Shown piece after piece: positions 8,331 through 17,175 of a DNA stretch of 34,140 bases. The first letter of the stretch is position 1. Every line of letters starts with the position of its first letter. Below the pieces are notes generated by a model that had not been told where the DNA came from, searched no databases, and was given only the letters and a program-made list of their open reading frames with translations. The position numbers and the translations under genes are program-made. Where the stretch lies: IMG/VR virus record IMGVR_UViG_3300033998_000133. The stretch is one strand, 5' to 3'. This DNA comes from a virus. Lineage: Duplodnaviria; Caudoviricetes.

Positions 8331-8657
8331 ATGGCTGACGAGGGGTGGATCAAAGACTTAAAACCGGAGGATTTGCCCGAACCATACCGGGCGATCAGCG
8401 AGATGATCGGGATGGAAAATACGCTGAAGCTGGCAGACAAGTTTCAGGGGATGGCAATCTACCTGCCCAAGCTGGATGCCGTCCTGCGCAAAATCCGCGA
8501 CGAGAGGATCAAGGCAGAGTTTAACGGGGCCAACTATCGCGAATTAGCCAGGAAATATGGACTTACTGAGGTATGGGTGAGGCAGCTGATCTCTTCCGAC
8601 CGGGAAACCGGCCAGATTACGCTTATGGACTTTAGATTGGCGGCCTCGGAAAAGTAA
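8331..8657 (+). CDS. mor: Mor/C-family transcription activator
   Basis: DLPEPYRAISEMIG...FQGMAIYLPK...RDERIKAEFNGANYRELARKYGLTEVWVRQLI. Sits at the early/late boundary. Confidence 0.92.
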   Translation: MADEGWIKDLKPEDLPEPYRAISEMIGMENTLKLADKFQGMAIYLPKLDAVLRKIRDERIKAEFNGANYRELARKYGLTEVWVRQLISSDRETGQITLMDFRLAASEK

Positions 8658-8700
8658 TTTTCTAAAGCACTTTTTTTGAAGAACACAGGCAATTAAAGGT

Positions 8701-8733
8701 AAAATCCCAGTAAAGGCTGGGATTTTTCTTTTG
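8701..8733 (+). terminator. Intrinsic terminator after mor, overlapping a likely late-promoter -10
   Basis: Stem AAAATCCCAG / CTGGGATTTT, loop TAAAGG, then TCTTTTG. TAAAAT at 8700-8705 has no consensus -35. Confidence 0.7.
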
Positions 8734-8752
8734 CCCGCAAGGAGGTTTAGCA

Positions 8753-9079
8753 GTGAACGTACCGCCGGAAATCGCCCCCTGGTTTATATCCGTTCTGCTT
8801 ACAATACTGTCCGCAGCTCTTGGAGTTGTCGGATACCTGCTCAAGGATATAAGGGCCGGGATGAAAGACAACGAAAAGGAACAGAACGAGCGCATTGAGT
8901 TGCTAAAAAGAGAAATGGCCGATTTTAAGGCCAACATGCCCAAGGAATATGTTTTGAGGGACGATTTTGTCCGGGCCATTGCCGGGCTTGACCACAAGCT
9001 GGACCGCATGGCCAGGGAGGTTTCCATCATCAATAGTTCCCTCAATAAACTTATAGGAACACGAGGTGACGGCAGATGA
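8753..9079 (+). CDS. Membrane-anchored coiled-coil protein (first late gene, Mu gp25-position)
   Basis: N-terminal TM helix followed by a coiled coil with MPKEYVLRDDF; AAGGAGG SD. Confidence 0.75.
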   Translation: MNVPPEIAPWFISVLLTILSAALGVVGYLLKDIRAGMKDNEKEQNERIELLKREMADFKANMPKEYVLRDDFVRAIAGLDHKLDRMAREVSIINSSLNKLIGTRGDGR

Positions 9080-9387
9080 AGATTAGCGAAGCCAAGGAGC
9101 TTAGGGGCTTCATTTTGAGCATGTGCAAGGTCAATTATCCCCACGGCTGCAGCGAACAACTGGTGCAGATAACGGTCAGCGAAAATGATTTTGCCGCCTC
9201 CCCGGCCCTGCTGGCGGGGCATTTTGAGTACCTGGAGGAAAAAGGCTATGTCCGGGTGGAAGAGTCCCGTAATGATAAACTGGGCATTTCCCGGCGGGTG
9301 ATCTATATCACCGCCAAAGGAATTGACCTGCTGGAGGGCAATATACCGCCGGATCCCGGCATCCTGCTGCCGGTATGGAGTGATTGA
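9076..9387 (+). CDS. Winged-helix protein (Mu gp26-like)
   Basis: FEYLEEKGYV...ITAKGIDLLEG...PDPGI motif; position before the small terminase. Confidence 0.7.
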   Translation: MKISEAKELRGFILSMCKVNYPHGCSEQLVQITVSENDFAASPALLAGHFEYLEEKGYVRVEESRNDKLGISRRVIYITAKGIDLLEGNIPPDPGILLPVWSD

Positions 9388-9388
9388 A

Positions 9389-9937
9389 TTGGCAAGGGCG
9401 AGACGAAAACACCACAAAATTACCCAGCTCCCATCCGAAATTGTGGAAGAGGTAAACAGGCTGCTGGTAAACGGCGAGACCTACGAGGGAATTGCCCAGT
9501 GGCTGCGCCAAAAGGGCCATGAGGTCGGCAAGTCGTCGGTAGGGCGTTATAGCAAGGATTTCCTTAACCGCCTGGAGCGGCTGCGTGTTGTGCGGGACCA
9601 GGCCAAGGCCATCGTGGAAGATGACCCGGACGCCCCGGCCACCCAAATGGCGGAGGCTGCCAATAACCTGGCCATGCAATTAGTAATGGAAATTCTCATG
9701 GAGGCCGACATCGGCAGCTTGAAGGGGGAAAAACTGAGCCAGGTGCTCAAAGCGGCGGCGCAGCTGCAGCGGTCCAGCGTGGCCATCGAGAAGTTAAAGA
9801 TGGAGTTCAATAAAGGGGTAGCGGCTGCCGTGGCCCGGCTGAAGGAGGAACTGCAAAGGGAACTGAAAGAACAGCCGGAACTGCTGCGCCAGCTGGAGCA
9901 GCTGGTGGATAAGGCCGAGAAGCAGGTGGTCAAGTAA
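9389..9937 (+). CDS. Terminase small subunit (Mu gp27 / DUF3486 family)
   Basis: RKHHKITQLPSEI...TYEGIAQWLRQKGHEVGKSSVGRY. TTG start at 9389 after GGAG. Confidence 0.85.
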   Translation: MARARRKHHKITQLPSEIVEEVNRLLVNGETYEGIAQWLRQKGHEVGKSSVGRYSKDFLNRLERLRVVRDQAKAIVEDDPDAPATQMAEAANNLAMQLVMEILMEADIGSLKGEKLSQVLKAAAQLQRSSVAIEKLKMEFNKGVAAAVARLKEELQRELKEQPELLRQLEQLVDKAEKQVVK

Positions 9938-11568
9938 TGCTCCTGGAGGAACTGATTGGCGGTAGGAACAAAGCGGAACTGGGACTGGAATTCCTGGAGT
10001 GGTGCGAAAAACATATCATCCTGGATAACGGGAGAAGGTTTTCCCTGGAACGGCGGGCAGCCCTGAAGGAAATCTATACCGACATTGCCCACCCCACCAT
10101 CTCGGTACTGAAGGGTGCCCAGGTGGGGCTGTCCACCTGGGGTATCGGGTTCTCCCTCTGGCTGGTAGACCAGAAGGGTAAAAACGCCATCTACTACCTG
10201 CCCAATAATCAGTTCGCCAACAGATTTGGGGCTACCAGGTTTAACCCATATATCAACCGGTCGGAATACCTGCGCAACCGCCTGCAGTCTACTGACCAGG
10301 CGGGGTTAAAAGAAATAGACACCCACTTCTTATACATCCTGGGGCTATTCAACGTCTCCGGCGCGATCTCCATCCCCAGTGACTGCAACCTTTATGACGA
10401 GGTGGACGTGCTGAATCCGGAAAACATGGAGTGGGCGCAGGACAGGATTTCCGCCTCGGAACTGGGCTGGCAAAGGTATTTTTCGGTGGGGATGATACCC
10501 GGCGAGGGGATTGATGAGCGCTACCAGGCTTCGGATAAGAGGAAATGGGTGGTGACCTGCCAGGCTTGCGGCAAGGAGCAGATCATTGAAGACGAGTTCC
10601 CGGAGAATATGGTGAAAAAGGGCGGCCAAGTCTACCTGGTTTGCATTAGATGCGGCAGGCCCATCGATGTGGAAAACGGACGCTGGGTGGCGGAGGAACC
10701 TTCCCGCAGCGACGAACACCGGGGATACCGGGTGCCGCAGCTGATTATCCCCGGCCTGAAACTGGATATTATCTGGCGGCGCTGGCAGGATGCCAAGGAC
10801 AAGCCCTCCAAGCGGGCCAAGTTTAATTGCTCTGTGCTGGCCAAGCCGGATGCGGGAAACATGCAGCCCATTGACCAGGAAGTGATCAACCGGGCTACAA
10901 TGGCGTTGCAGTATTACATGCAGTCCCGCTCTGACGAACCGACGGTTATGGGCATCGACGTCGGCGATTATTGCCACCTGGCCGTTGTCCAGCCTCTGCA
11001 GAACGGGGTGCTGAAAGCCATTTACTTTGAGGAAGTCCTGGTGGACGAACTGGTCAACCGGGCCGTACTGCTGGAGGAACGTTTTAACGTCATAGGGACA
11101 GTAATCGACGCCATGCCCTACAAGACCGAAAGCAAGAGGCTGGTCCGGGCGCTGAAGCGCTCCGCCTGGATCCAATATTTCAAAGGCACTTCCCTCCAGG
11201 AGAAGGAAGAGGGCGAGAACGAGAAAGCGGTGCCGGTAATCACGGTGGACAGGGACGACAGCCTGGATAATACCACCGACATGTTTGCCGAGAACCCGCC
11301 CAAGTACCTGCTCCCGCTGCCCAGGGACGAGCAGGAAGAAGAAACCTTGCAGGCGGTCCACCGCCACCTGCGGAAGCTGGTCAAGGAAAAGAGGGTTACC
11401 AATTCCGGGGATGTGGTGATCAACTACAAGCGCAACGTGGAAAACCACTACGGCATGGCGCTGAACTCGGCAAGGATTGCGGCCACAATGGTTCACGGCA
11501 GCGGCTTTGGAGGGCTTCTCTCCGCCGGGATGCGCAAAATATACGACGTGTTGAGGGGATATGACTGA
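9937..11568 (+). CDS. Terminase large subunit (lambda gpA-like)
   Basis: VLKGAQVGLST Walker A, LYDEVD Walker B, CQAC...CIRC Zn motif, nuclease MGIDVG and NHYGMA. Confidence 0.88.
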   Translation: MLLEELIGGRNKAELGLEFLEWCEKHIILDNGRRFSLERRAALKEIYTDIAHPTISVLKGAQVGLSTWGIGFSLWLVDQKGKNAIYYLPNNQFANRFGATRFNPYINRSEYLRNRLQSTDQAGLKEIDTHFLYILGLFNVSGAISIPSDCNLYDEVDVLNPENMEWAQDRISASELGWQRYFSVGMIPGEGIDERYQASDKRKWVVTCQACGKEQIIEDEFPENMVKKGGQVYLVCIRCGRPIDVENGRWVAEEPSRSDEHRGYRVPQLIIPGLKLDIIWRRWQDAKDKPSKRAKFNCSVLAKPDAGNMQPIDQEVINRATMALQYYMQSRSDEPTVMGIDVGDYCHLAVVQPLQNGVLKAIYFEEVLVDELVNRAVLLEERFNVIGTVIDAMPYKTESKRLVRALKRSAWIQYFKGTSLQEKEEGENEKAVPVITVDRDDSLDNTTDMFAENPPKYLLPLPRDEQEEETLQAVHRHLRKLVKEKRVTNSGDVVINYKRNVENHYGMALNSARIAATMVHGSGFGGLLSAGMRKIYDVLRGYD

Positions 11569-13796
11569 TGATCTTGGGGCCGGACGGAAAACCCATTAAA
11601 AAACCAATGGAGAGCGAGATCGCGGCGCTCAGCAGCGACCCCTGGAGCAGCTTCCTGAAGGTGCTGCCCAACCCGGACCTGATCCTGCAAAAGACGGGCC
11701 GGTCCGTGGAGGTCTACGAGGACATGAAGAATGACGGCCACCTCTGGGCCTGCATGACCTCCCGGAAGTCGGGGGTGCTGTCAAAAAACTGGGACGTCCT
11801 CCCGGCTTCCCAGGACGACAGGGATAAAGAGATCGCCGATTTCGTCAAGAAGAACCTGGAGGGGCTGAACTTTGAGCAGGACCTGCGGCAAATGCTGGAT
11901 GCGGTGTTCGAGGGGTTCCGGGTGCATGAAGTCATTTGGGAACCCCGGGGCGGCAAATGGTGGATAAAGAGCCTGAAAGCCCGCCCCCAGCGGCGGTTCG
12001 CTTTCGGCATCGACGGCAGCCTGCGGCTGGTCACCGCCGCCAGCCTGGACGGCGAACCGGTGCCGGGGGCCAAGTTTCTCCTGGTCCAGCACGAGGCCGA
12101 TGACGATTACAACCCTTACGGGGTGCGGCTGTTCTCTAAATGTTACTGGCCCTGGATGTTCAAAAAGCACGGGTTCAAGTTTTGGGCCATCTTCACGGAG
12201 AAATACGGCATACCGACGGCAGTGGGCAAGCACCCGCCGGGGATCCCGGAGCAAGAAAAGCAGGAACTGTTAAATGCCCTCCTGGCCATCGTCCAGGATG
12301 CGGCCATCGCCATACCCAACAACGCCGAAATAGAATTCAAGGAAGCTAAAGGCGAAAAGGCGGCTATTCACGAGCTGTTTATCAATTTCTGCAACCAGGA
12401 AATCAGCAAGGCCATTTTAAGCCAGACCCTGACCACGGAAATCGGCGACCGGGGCAGTTATTCGGCAGCCAAGGTCCATGAGGATGTCAAGCAAGAGATA
12501 GTCGAGGCCGACGCCAAGATGGTGATGACGGCGGTCAACACCCAACTGGTGCGCTGGCTGGTGGATTTTAACTACGGTCCCCAGGAAGAATACCCCCGCT
12601 TCGTTATCTTCTACGAAGAGGAGGAGATCAACCGCGACCGGGCCGAGCGGGACAAGATCCTAGTGATGGACCTGGGCCTGCCCACCAGCGTGGACTATTT
12701 CTATGACAAATACAATATCCCCCGCCCCGGTGACGACGAGGAACTGCTGGTGGTGCCCAGCCGGGCGACGGCGCTGCCGCCGGTGCAAATGTCACAGGAT
12801 TTCTCACAGGCGGCGAAACGGGCCGTGAAAGTGGACTTTGCCGAGGATGACCTGAAAATCATGGCCCGTGGCGACGTCCTGGAGAGTTTCTACCAAAAGG
12901 CTTTGGAAGGGGGCAGGAAGGCATACGGACGCCTGATGGACAACCTGAAGGAGCAAATCAGTTCCTGGGACTCCTTCGATGATGCGGACAATCTCAAGGC
13001 CGGGGTTGAAGCGGTGGAGAACCTGGCCGCTTACCTGACGGATACCGCCCTCACCGGCTATATGCTGGGCGAATATGACGCCTGGCAGGACTACAAGCAA
13101 GCCCTCCAGGAAAAGGACTTTGCCGAGGGGCTGGAGATCAGGGTCACCCCCCTGCCCCTCCAGGAGGCGCTGGACTATTTCGCCAGGCTGATGCCGGTGG
13201 ACGCCGACGAGTATAAAAAGCTGGAGCAAGAGCTGCGGGCCAAGTATTTCACCATCTCCAGAGTGGAAGGCCGCGAGATGGTGGAGAAAATCAAGGGCTA
13301 TGTGCAGGAGGCCATGGAACAGGGCCAGCCCCTGGAGGAATTCAAGCAAAATGTTGACCGCCTTTTCGAGCGCATGGGCATGGGCCAGGCCGACCCGTGG
13401 CACCTGGAAACGGTGTTCAGGACCAACGTCCAGACGGCCTACGGCGCTGGCCACTGGGAAAAGCTCAACGACCCGCTTTTAGCGGATATGTTCCCCTACT
13501 ACCGCTATTCGGCGGTGCTGGACAGCCGGACGCGGGATACTCACCGGGCCATGCACGGCTTCATCGCCAGACGGGATGACCCCATCTGGAATGAATGGTG
13601 GCCGCCCAACGGCTTCCGATGCCGCTGCGGCGTCGTGGCCATCAACAAGTACCGGGCGGCCAGGGAGAGCATCAAGCCTTCGGCACCGCCTAAAGTCGCG
13701 CCCGACCAGGGTTTTGCCCGCAACCCCGGACGGGCCTTAAGGGAGGTGCCTGACAACATCAAGGAAAAGGCTGACTTCTACCAGATAACAGCTTGA
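11568..13796 (+). CDS. Portal protein (Mu gp29/DUF935) fused to Mu gpF-like head morphogenesis domain
   Basis: N-terminal part: WAIFTEKYGIP, EISKAILSQTLTT...GSYSAAKVH. C-terminal part: LETVFRTNVQTAY...YSAVLDSRTRDTH...WPPNGFRCRC. One continuous 742-aa ORF. Confidence 0.9.
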   Translation: MILGPDGKPIKKPMESEIAALSSDPWSSFLKVLPNPDLILQKTGRSVEVYEDMKNDGHLWACMTSRKSGVLSKNWDVLPASQDDRDKEIADFVKKNLEGLNFEQDLRQMLDAVFEGFRVHEVIWEPRGGKWWIKSLKARPQRRFAFGIDGSLRLVTAASLDGEPVPGAKFLLVQHEADDDYNPYGVRLFSKCYWPWMFKKHGFKFWAIFTEKYGIPTAVGKHPPGIPEQEKQELLNALLAIVQDAAIAIPNNAEIEFKEAKGEKAAIHELFINFCNQEISKAILSQTLTTEIGDRGSYSAAKVHEDVKQEIVEADAKMVMTAVNTQLVRWLVDFNYGPQEEYPRFVIFYEEEEINRDRAERDKILVMDLGLPTSVDYFYDKYNIPRPGDDEELLVVPSRATALPPVQMSQDFSQAAKRAVKVDFAEDDLKIMARGDVLESFYQKALEGGRKAYGRLMDNLKEQISSWDSFDDADNLKAGVEAVENLAAYLTDTALTGYMLGEYDAWQDYKQALQEKDFAEGLEIRVTPLPLQEALDYFARLMPVDADEYKKLEQELRAKYFTISRVEGREMVEKIKGYVQEAMEQGQPLEEFKQNVDRLFERMGMGQADPWHLETVFRTNVQTAYGAGHWEKLNDPLLADMFPYYRYSAVLDSRTRDTHRAMHGFIARRDDPIWNEWWPPNGFRCRCGVVAINKYRAARESIKPSAPPKVAPDQGFARNPGRALREVPDNIKEKADFYQITA

Positions 13797-13812
13797 TTGG
13801 AGGGATGCAAAA

Positions 13813-14772
13813 TTGGGCAAGTGGTACGAGATTTGGCGGGCCGGGAAATACCCGCAGGGAGAGTTCACCGAGGAAGACGTGCAGCAGATAGTTGACAACT
13901 ACGACCCCAGGGTGGAAGAAGCCCCGATTGTGCTGGGCCACCCGAAAAACAACGACCCAGCCTTCGGTTGGGTGGAGGCCCTGGCCAGGAAAGGCCCCCT
14001 GCTGCTGGCCAAGTTTAAGCAGGTGGTGCCGGAGTTCGCTGAAGCGGTCAATGCCGGGCGGTACAAGAAGGTGTCGGTGCGCCTGGCTAAGGACGAGAAG
14101 AAGGGCTGGATGCTCAAACATGTGGGCTTTTTGGGAGCGGCCCTCCCGCAAGTGCAGGGACTGGCCCCCATCACCTTCAGCGGCGATGACGGCGGCGATG
14201 ACGGCGGCCTGGATCTGGAGTGCGATTTTGACGGCGGCACCGACAAAAACCATCATGAGGAGGTAAAGCAAATGGGTGACAAGGAAAAGGAAGCCCTCAA
14301 GGAGCAAATCCGCAAAGAAATAGAGGCCGAGTTCGCGGAAAAGAGCAAGACCCTGGAACAGCGGCTAGCGGAGAGCGAAGCCAAGCGCAAGAAAGCGGAG
14401 TTCACCGCTTTTGTGGAAAAGCATAAGGCCAAGATACCCCCGGCGGTGCAGCCCGGCCTGGTGGAGTTCATGACCAGCCTGCCGGACAAAGAAGATACAG
14501 TGGAGTTTACGGCCAAGGAAGGCGACAAGGAAAAACAGGTCAAACAGTCCCCGCTGGCCTTCTTCCAGGACTTCATCAGCAAGCTGCCGGATTATTCGTA
14601 CCTGTTCAAGGAGATCGCTTCCGGGGAAGAGGGCAAGACCCGCCGGGAGGAAAAGGATTTCGCCGGGGTCCAGGTTGATGAGGAGCGGATGGAACTGCAC
14701 CGCAAGGCTCTGGATTTCATGGAAAAGAACAAGGTGTCCTATGAAGAGGCCCTGGTTGCGGTGAGCGATTAA
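13813..14772 (+). CDS. Prohead protease/scaffold (Mu gp32/I-like)
   Basis: EAPIVLGHP...PAFGWVEAL...GRYKKVS...LKHVGFLGA. Internal GAGG SD before ATG MGDKEK (14272) suggests a nested scaffold. Ends in VSYEEALVAV. Confidence 0.85.
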   Translation: MGKWYEIWRAGKYPQGEFTEEDVQQIVDNYDPRVEEAPIVLGHPKNNDPAFGWVEALARKGPLLLAKFKQVVPEFAEAVNAGRYKKVSVRLAKDEKKGWMLKHVGFLGAALPQVQGLAPITFSGDDGGDDGGLDLECDFDGGTDKNHHEEVKQMGDKEKEALKEQIRKEIEAEFAEKSKTLEQRLAESEAKRKKAEFTAFVEKHKAKIPPAVQPGLVEFMTSLPDKEDTVEFTAKEGDKEKQVKQSPLAFFQDFISKLPDYSYLFKEIASGEEGKTRREEKDFAGVQVDEERMELHRKALDFMEKNKVSYEEALVAVSD

Positions 14773-14807
14773 GGGAACAAACTCTCAAAAAGTGAGGAGG
14801 AAAGGCT

Positions 14808-15281
14808 ATGCCGACTTACAACCCTATATTGACGATTACCTTGACCCCTGCCGGGGTTATCGCCCCCCACCGGTTTGTTAACTTTGCCGGTGGCCAGGCC
14901 GGGGCCGGACAGGCCGCCCGAGGAGTTACCCATGACGGGGCGGAAGCGGGAGAAAAGGCCGTCGCGGTCATTGCCCTCGGTACGGCGATAGTGGAAGCTG
15001 GCGGCGCTATTAACACGGGCGACCTGTTGACCGCCGACGCCAACGGGAAGGCCGTAGTGGTAACCGATGCCTCGGGCGCGGCCATTAACGCCATTGCGGT
15101 AGGTTCCACCGCAGCGGACGGCGACCTGGTGGAAGTGATAGTGGTATCGCCGGTGGCCAAGGCAACCATGACCAGGGCGGCAGCCCAAGCCAACAGCACG
15201 GCGGCGGACGTGGCCACCATCGTGGCGGATTTCAACGCTTTGTTAGCCAAACTCCGGGCCGCCGGGATAATGGCGCAGTAA
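14808..15281 (+). CDS. Capsid cement/decoration protein (DUF2190-like) with C-terminal head-fibre motif
   Basis: Gly/Ala-rich VEAGGAINTGDLLTADANGKAV; C-terminal DFNALLAKLRAAGIM. Confidence 0.72.
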   Translation: MPTYNPILTITLTPAGVIAPHRFVNFAGGQAGAGQAARGVTHDGAEAGEKAVAVIALGTAIVEAGGAINTGDLLTADANGKAVVVTDASGAAINAIAVGSTAADGDLVEVIVVSPVAKATMTRAAAQANSTAADVATIVADFNALLAKLRAAGIMAQ

Positions 15282-15312
15282 CCGATACTAACCTTACTGG
15301 AGGTGCGAAATA

Positions 15313-16233
15313 ATGCCGACTTACAAGCAGGTGCGGGTAGTTGACCCGGTATTGACAACGGTGGTCCAGGGCTATAAGCCCCCGGAATTTGTGGGCGATA
15401 AAATCCTTCCCATCGTACTGACCGACAAAATGGGCGGGCTGATCAGAAGGTTCGGCCCGGACGACTTCAAGCTGTATGACACCAGGCGTGCCATGAGGGC
15501 GAAAAGCAAGCGGATTGAACCCAGGGAAGGTGATACGGTAAAACTGGCGCTGCATGAAGAGTCCCTGGAAATCACCATTGACATCAACGAGCGCAGCGAG
15601 GCCCCCAACCAGGCGCAGCTGGAGGCGCGGCGCAGCCGCATCGCCATGAACAACATCCTGACCCGCAAGGAGAAGGACCAGGCCGACGTGGTGCTGGATC
15701 CCAACAATTATGCTCCCGGCCATGTGCTGGACCTGGCGGGGAACGCCATGTGGAGCGATTATACCAACTCCGACCCCATTGGCGACATCGAGGATGCCAA
15801 GTCAACCGTGCGCAAGAAGATCGGCAAGAGGCCCAATACGATGCTCCTGGGAGCCACCACCTTCGATACCCTGAAGGAACACCCGAAGCTGATCGAGCGC
15901 ATCAAGTACGCTGTCAAAGGGGTTCTTACCGTTGATCTGATGAAGGAATTGTTCGGGATCCAGGATATTATCGTCGGGGAATCCCTCTATGCCGACGATA
16001 AAGATGTGCTGCACGATATCTGGCCCAATATCGCGGTGCTGGCCTATGTACCCCCTGAGAACGAGCGGGGCGAGGAAACGCCCAGCTTCGGCTACACCTT
16101 CCGCAAGAAGGGCCACCCGCAATCCGGGATGTACAAGGAAGGCAACAAGCTGGATGTCATCGAGGTTTGGGACATCTACGACCCCATGGTCCTCGGTCCC
16201 AGCGCCGGGTTCCTGATCAGGAACACCAACTAA
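15313..16233 (+). CDS. Major capsid protein
   Basis: VDPVLTTVVQGY...WSDYTNSDPIGDI...RPNTMLLG...LKEHP...PSFGYTF; 306 aa, after the protease and decoration genes. Confidence 0.85.
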   Translation: MPTYKQVRVVDPVLTTVVQGYKPPEFVGDKILPIVLTDKMGGLIRRFGPDDFKLYDTRRAMRAKSKRIEPREGDTVKLALHEESLEITIDINERSEAPNQAQLEARRSRIAMNNILTRKEKDQADVVLDPNNYAPGHVLDLAGNAMWSDYTNSDPIGDIEDAKSTVRKKIGKRPNTMLLGATTFDTLKEHPKLIERIKYAVKGVLTVDLMKELFGIQDIIVGESLYADDKDVLHDIWPNIAVLAYVPPENERGEETPSFGYTFRKKGHPQSGMYKEGNKLDVIEVWDIYDPMVLGPSAGFLIRNTN

Positions 16234-16246
16234 GGGGGTGTGACCG

Positions 16247-16552
16247 GTGCCTAAATACGTGGTATTGGGATACGTGAAGCACAATGGCGAAAAACTCCGG
16301 GCTGGCGACATCCTGGAGCTGACCGCCAAGGAAGCCGCCCCGCTCTTGAAATTGCAATCAATCAGCAAGCTGCAAGAGCCTGGCGAGGACAAGGAGAGCG
16401 GCGCTCCCGACACAGGCGGCAAGGCCGGGGAAGGCGACGCCGCCAGCAAGGCCGACCAGACCGAGGCAAAGCCCGAGACCAAGCCCGAGGCCGACAAGGG
16501 CGGCAAGGGGGACCAGAAAGCGGCCCCCGATAAGGGCGGCAAGAAGAGCTAA
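16247..16552 (+). CDS. Small virion protein (Mu gp35-position) with low-complexity tail
   Basis: VKHNGEKLRAGDILELTAKEAAPLL followed by a K/E/G/D-rich disordered tail. Confidence 0.7.
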   Translation: MPKYVVLGYVKHNGEKLRAGDILELTAKEAAPLLKLQSISKLQEPGEDKESGAPDTGGKAGEGDAASKADQTEAKPETKPEADKGGKGDQKAAPDKGGKKS

Positions 16553-16621
16553 AGAAATGCCCCGCAGAGGCCCTAAAACGGCCCAGGAACAGAGGGGGGA
16601 TATAAAGATATGCGCCCCCGA

Positions 16622-16680
16622 TTTGTAACAAAAAGTAACAGGGTTGTAACGGGGTTATAACACGTTTCGTTACTAACCCA
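16622..16680. repeat. Helically phased (G/A)TAAC repeat array; candidate strong-gyrase-site analog
   Basis: TAAC at 16626, 16636, 16647 and 16658 (spacing 10, 11, 11) inside the roughly 190-bp non-coding gap within the late operon. Confidence 0.55.
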
Positions 16681-16743
16681 TACCCCTGAAATTCATTCCC
16701 CGATAAATTCGGGAGCGCGTTTCCCCTCCCGGAGGTGATGACC

Positions 16744-17175
16744 ATGTACTGCGAACTGGCGGACATTTTAGCCCAGGTAGACCGGCGAAAGCTAATCGAT
16801 CTCTCCAATGACGACGGGGAGCCGGTGCTGGACGAAAACGGCAACCCGACCATCAACACGGCCAACGTGAACAAGGCCATCGAAGCCGCCGGGTCGGAGA
16901 TCGATTCCTATGCTTCGGTGAGATATCAGGTCCCCTTTTCGCCGGTGCCCCCGGTGATCAAAAAGCTGGCGGTGGACATCGCCGTTTATAACCTGTTCTC
17001 CCGCAAGTGGACCGGCGAGGAGGAAGACAACATCATCCTTCGCTACAAAAACGCTGTCAAGCTGCTGGAGAAGATCGCCGAGGGGAAGGTGCAGATAGGC
17101 ATCAGCGAGAACAGCCTCTTCTATTCCGCCCCGGCCAAGGTTTTCGGGGACACCTTCCGCAAGGAGTACGACTGA
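16744..17175 (+). CDS. Mu gp36-like head-tail adaptor (DUF1320)
   Basis: MYCELADI...AIEAAGSEIDSYASVRYQVP...LAVDIAVYNL...RYKNAVKLLEKIAEGK. Confidence 0.88.
   Translation: MYCELADILAQVDRRKLIDLSNDDGEPVLDENGNPTINTANVNKAIEAAGSEIDSYASVRYQVPFSPVPPVIKKLAVDIAVYNLFSRKWTGEEEDNIILRYKNAVKLLEKIAEGKVQIGISENSLFYSAPAKVFGDTFRKEYD

Noticed and set aside
10345-11496. Long antisense ORFs (e.g. 383 aa here, 286 aa at 19698-20558, 251 aa at 8662-9417)
   Set aside because: These are shadow frames of GC-rich genes on the opposite strand, with no SD or recognisable motifs.
14180-14208. 12-bp tandem duplication GCGGCGATGACG
   Set aside because: In-frame slippage duplication (GDDGGDDGG) in a protease linker; no evidence of function.
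16400-16545. GGCGGCAAG and AAGCCCGAG repeats
   Set aside because: They encode a low-complexity linker (DKGGK, KPE); not a CRISPR array or iterons.
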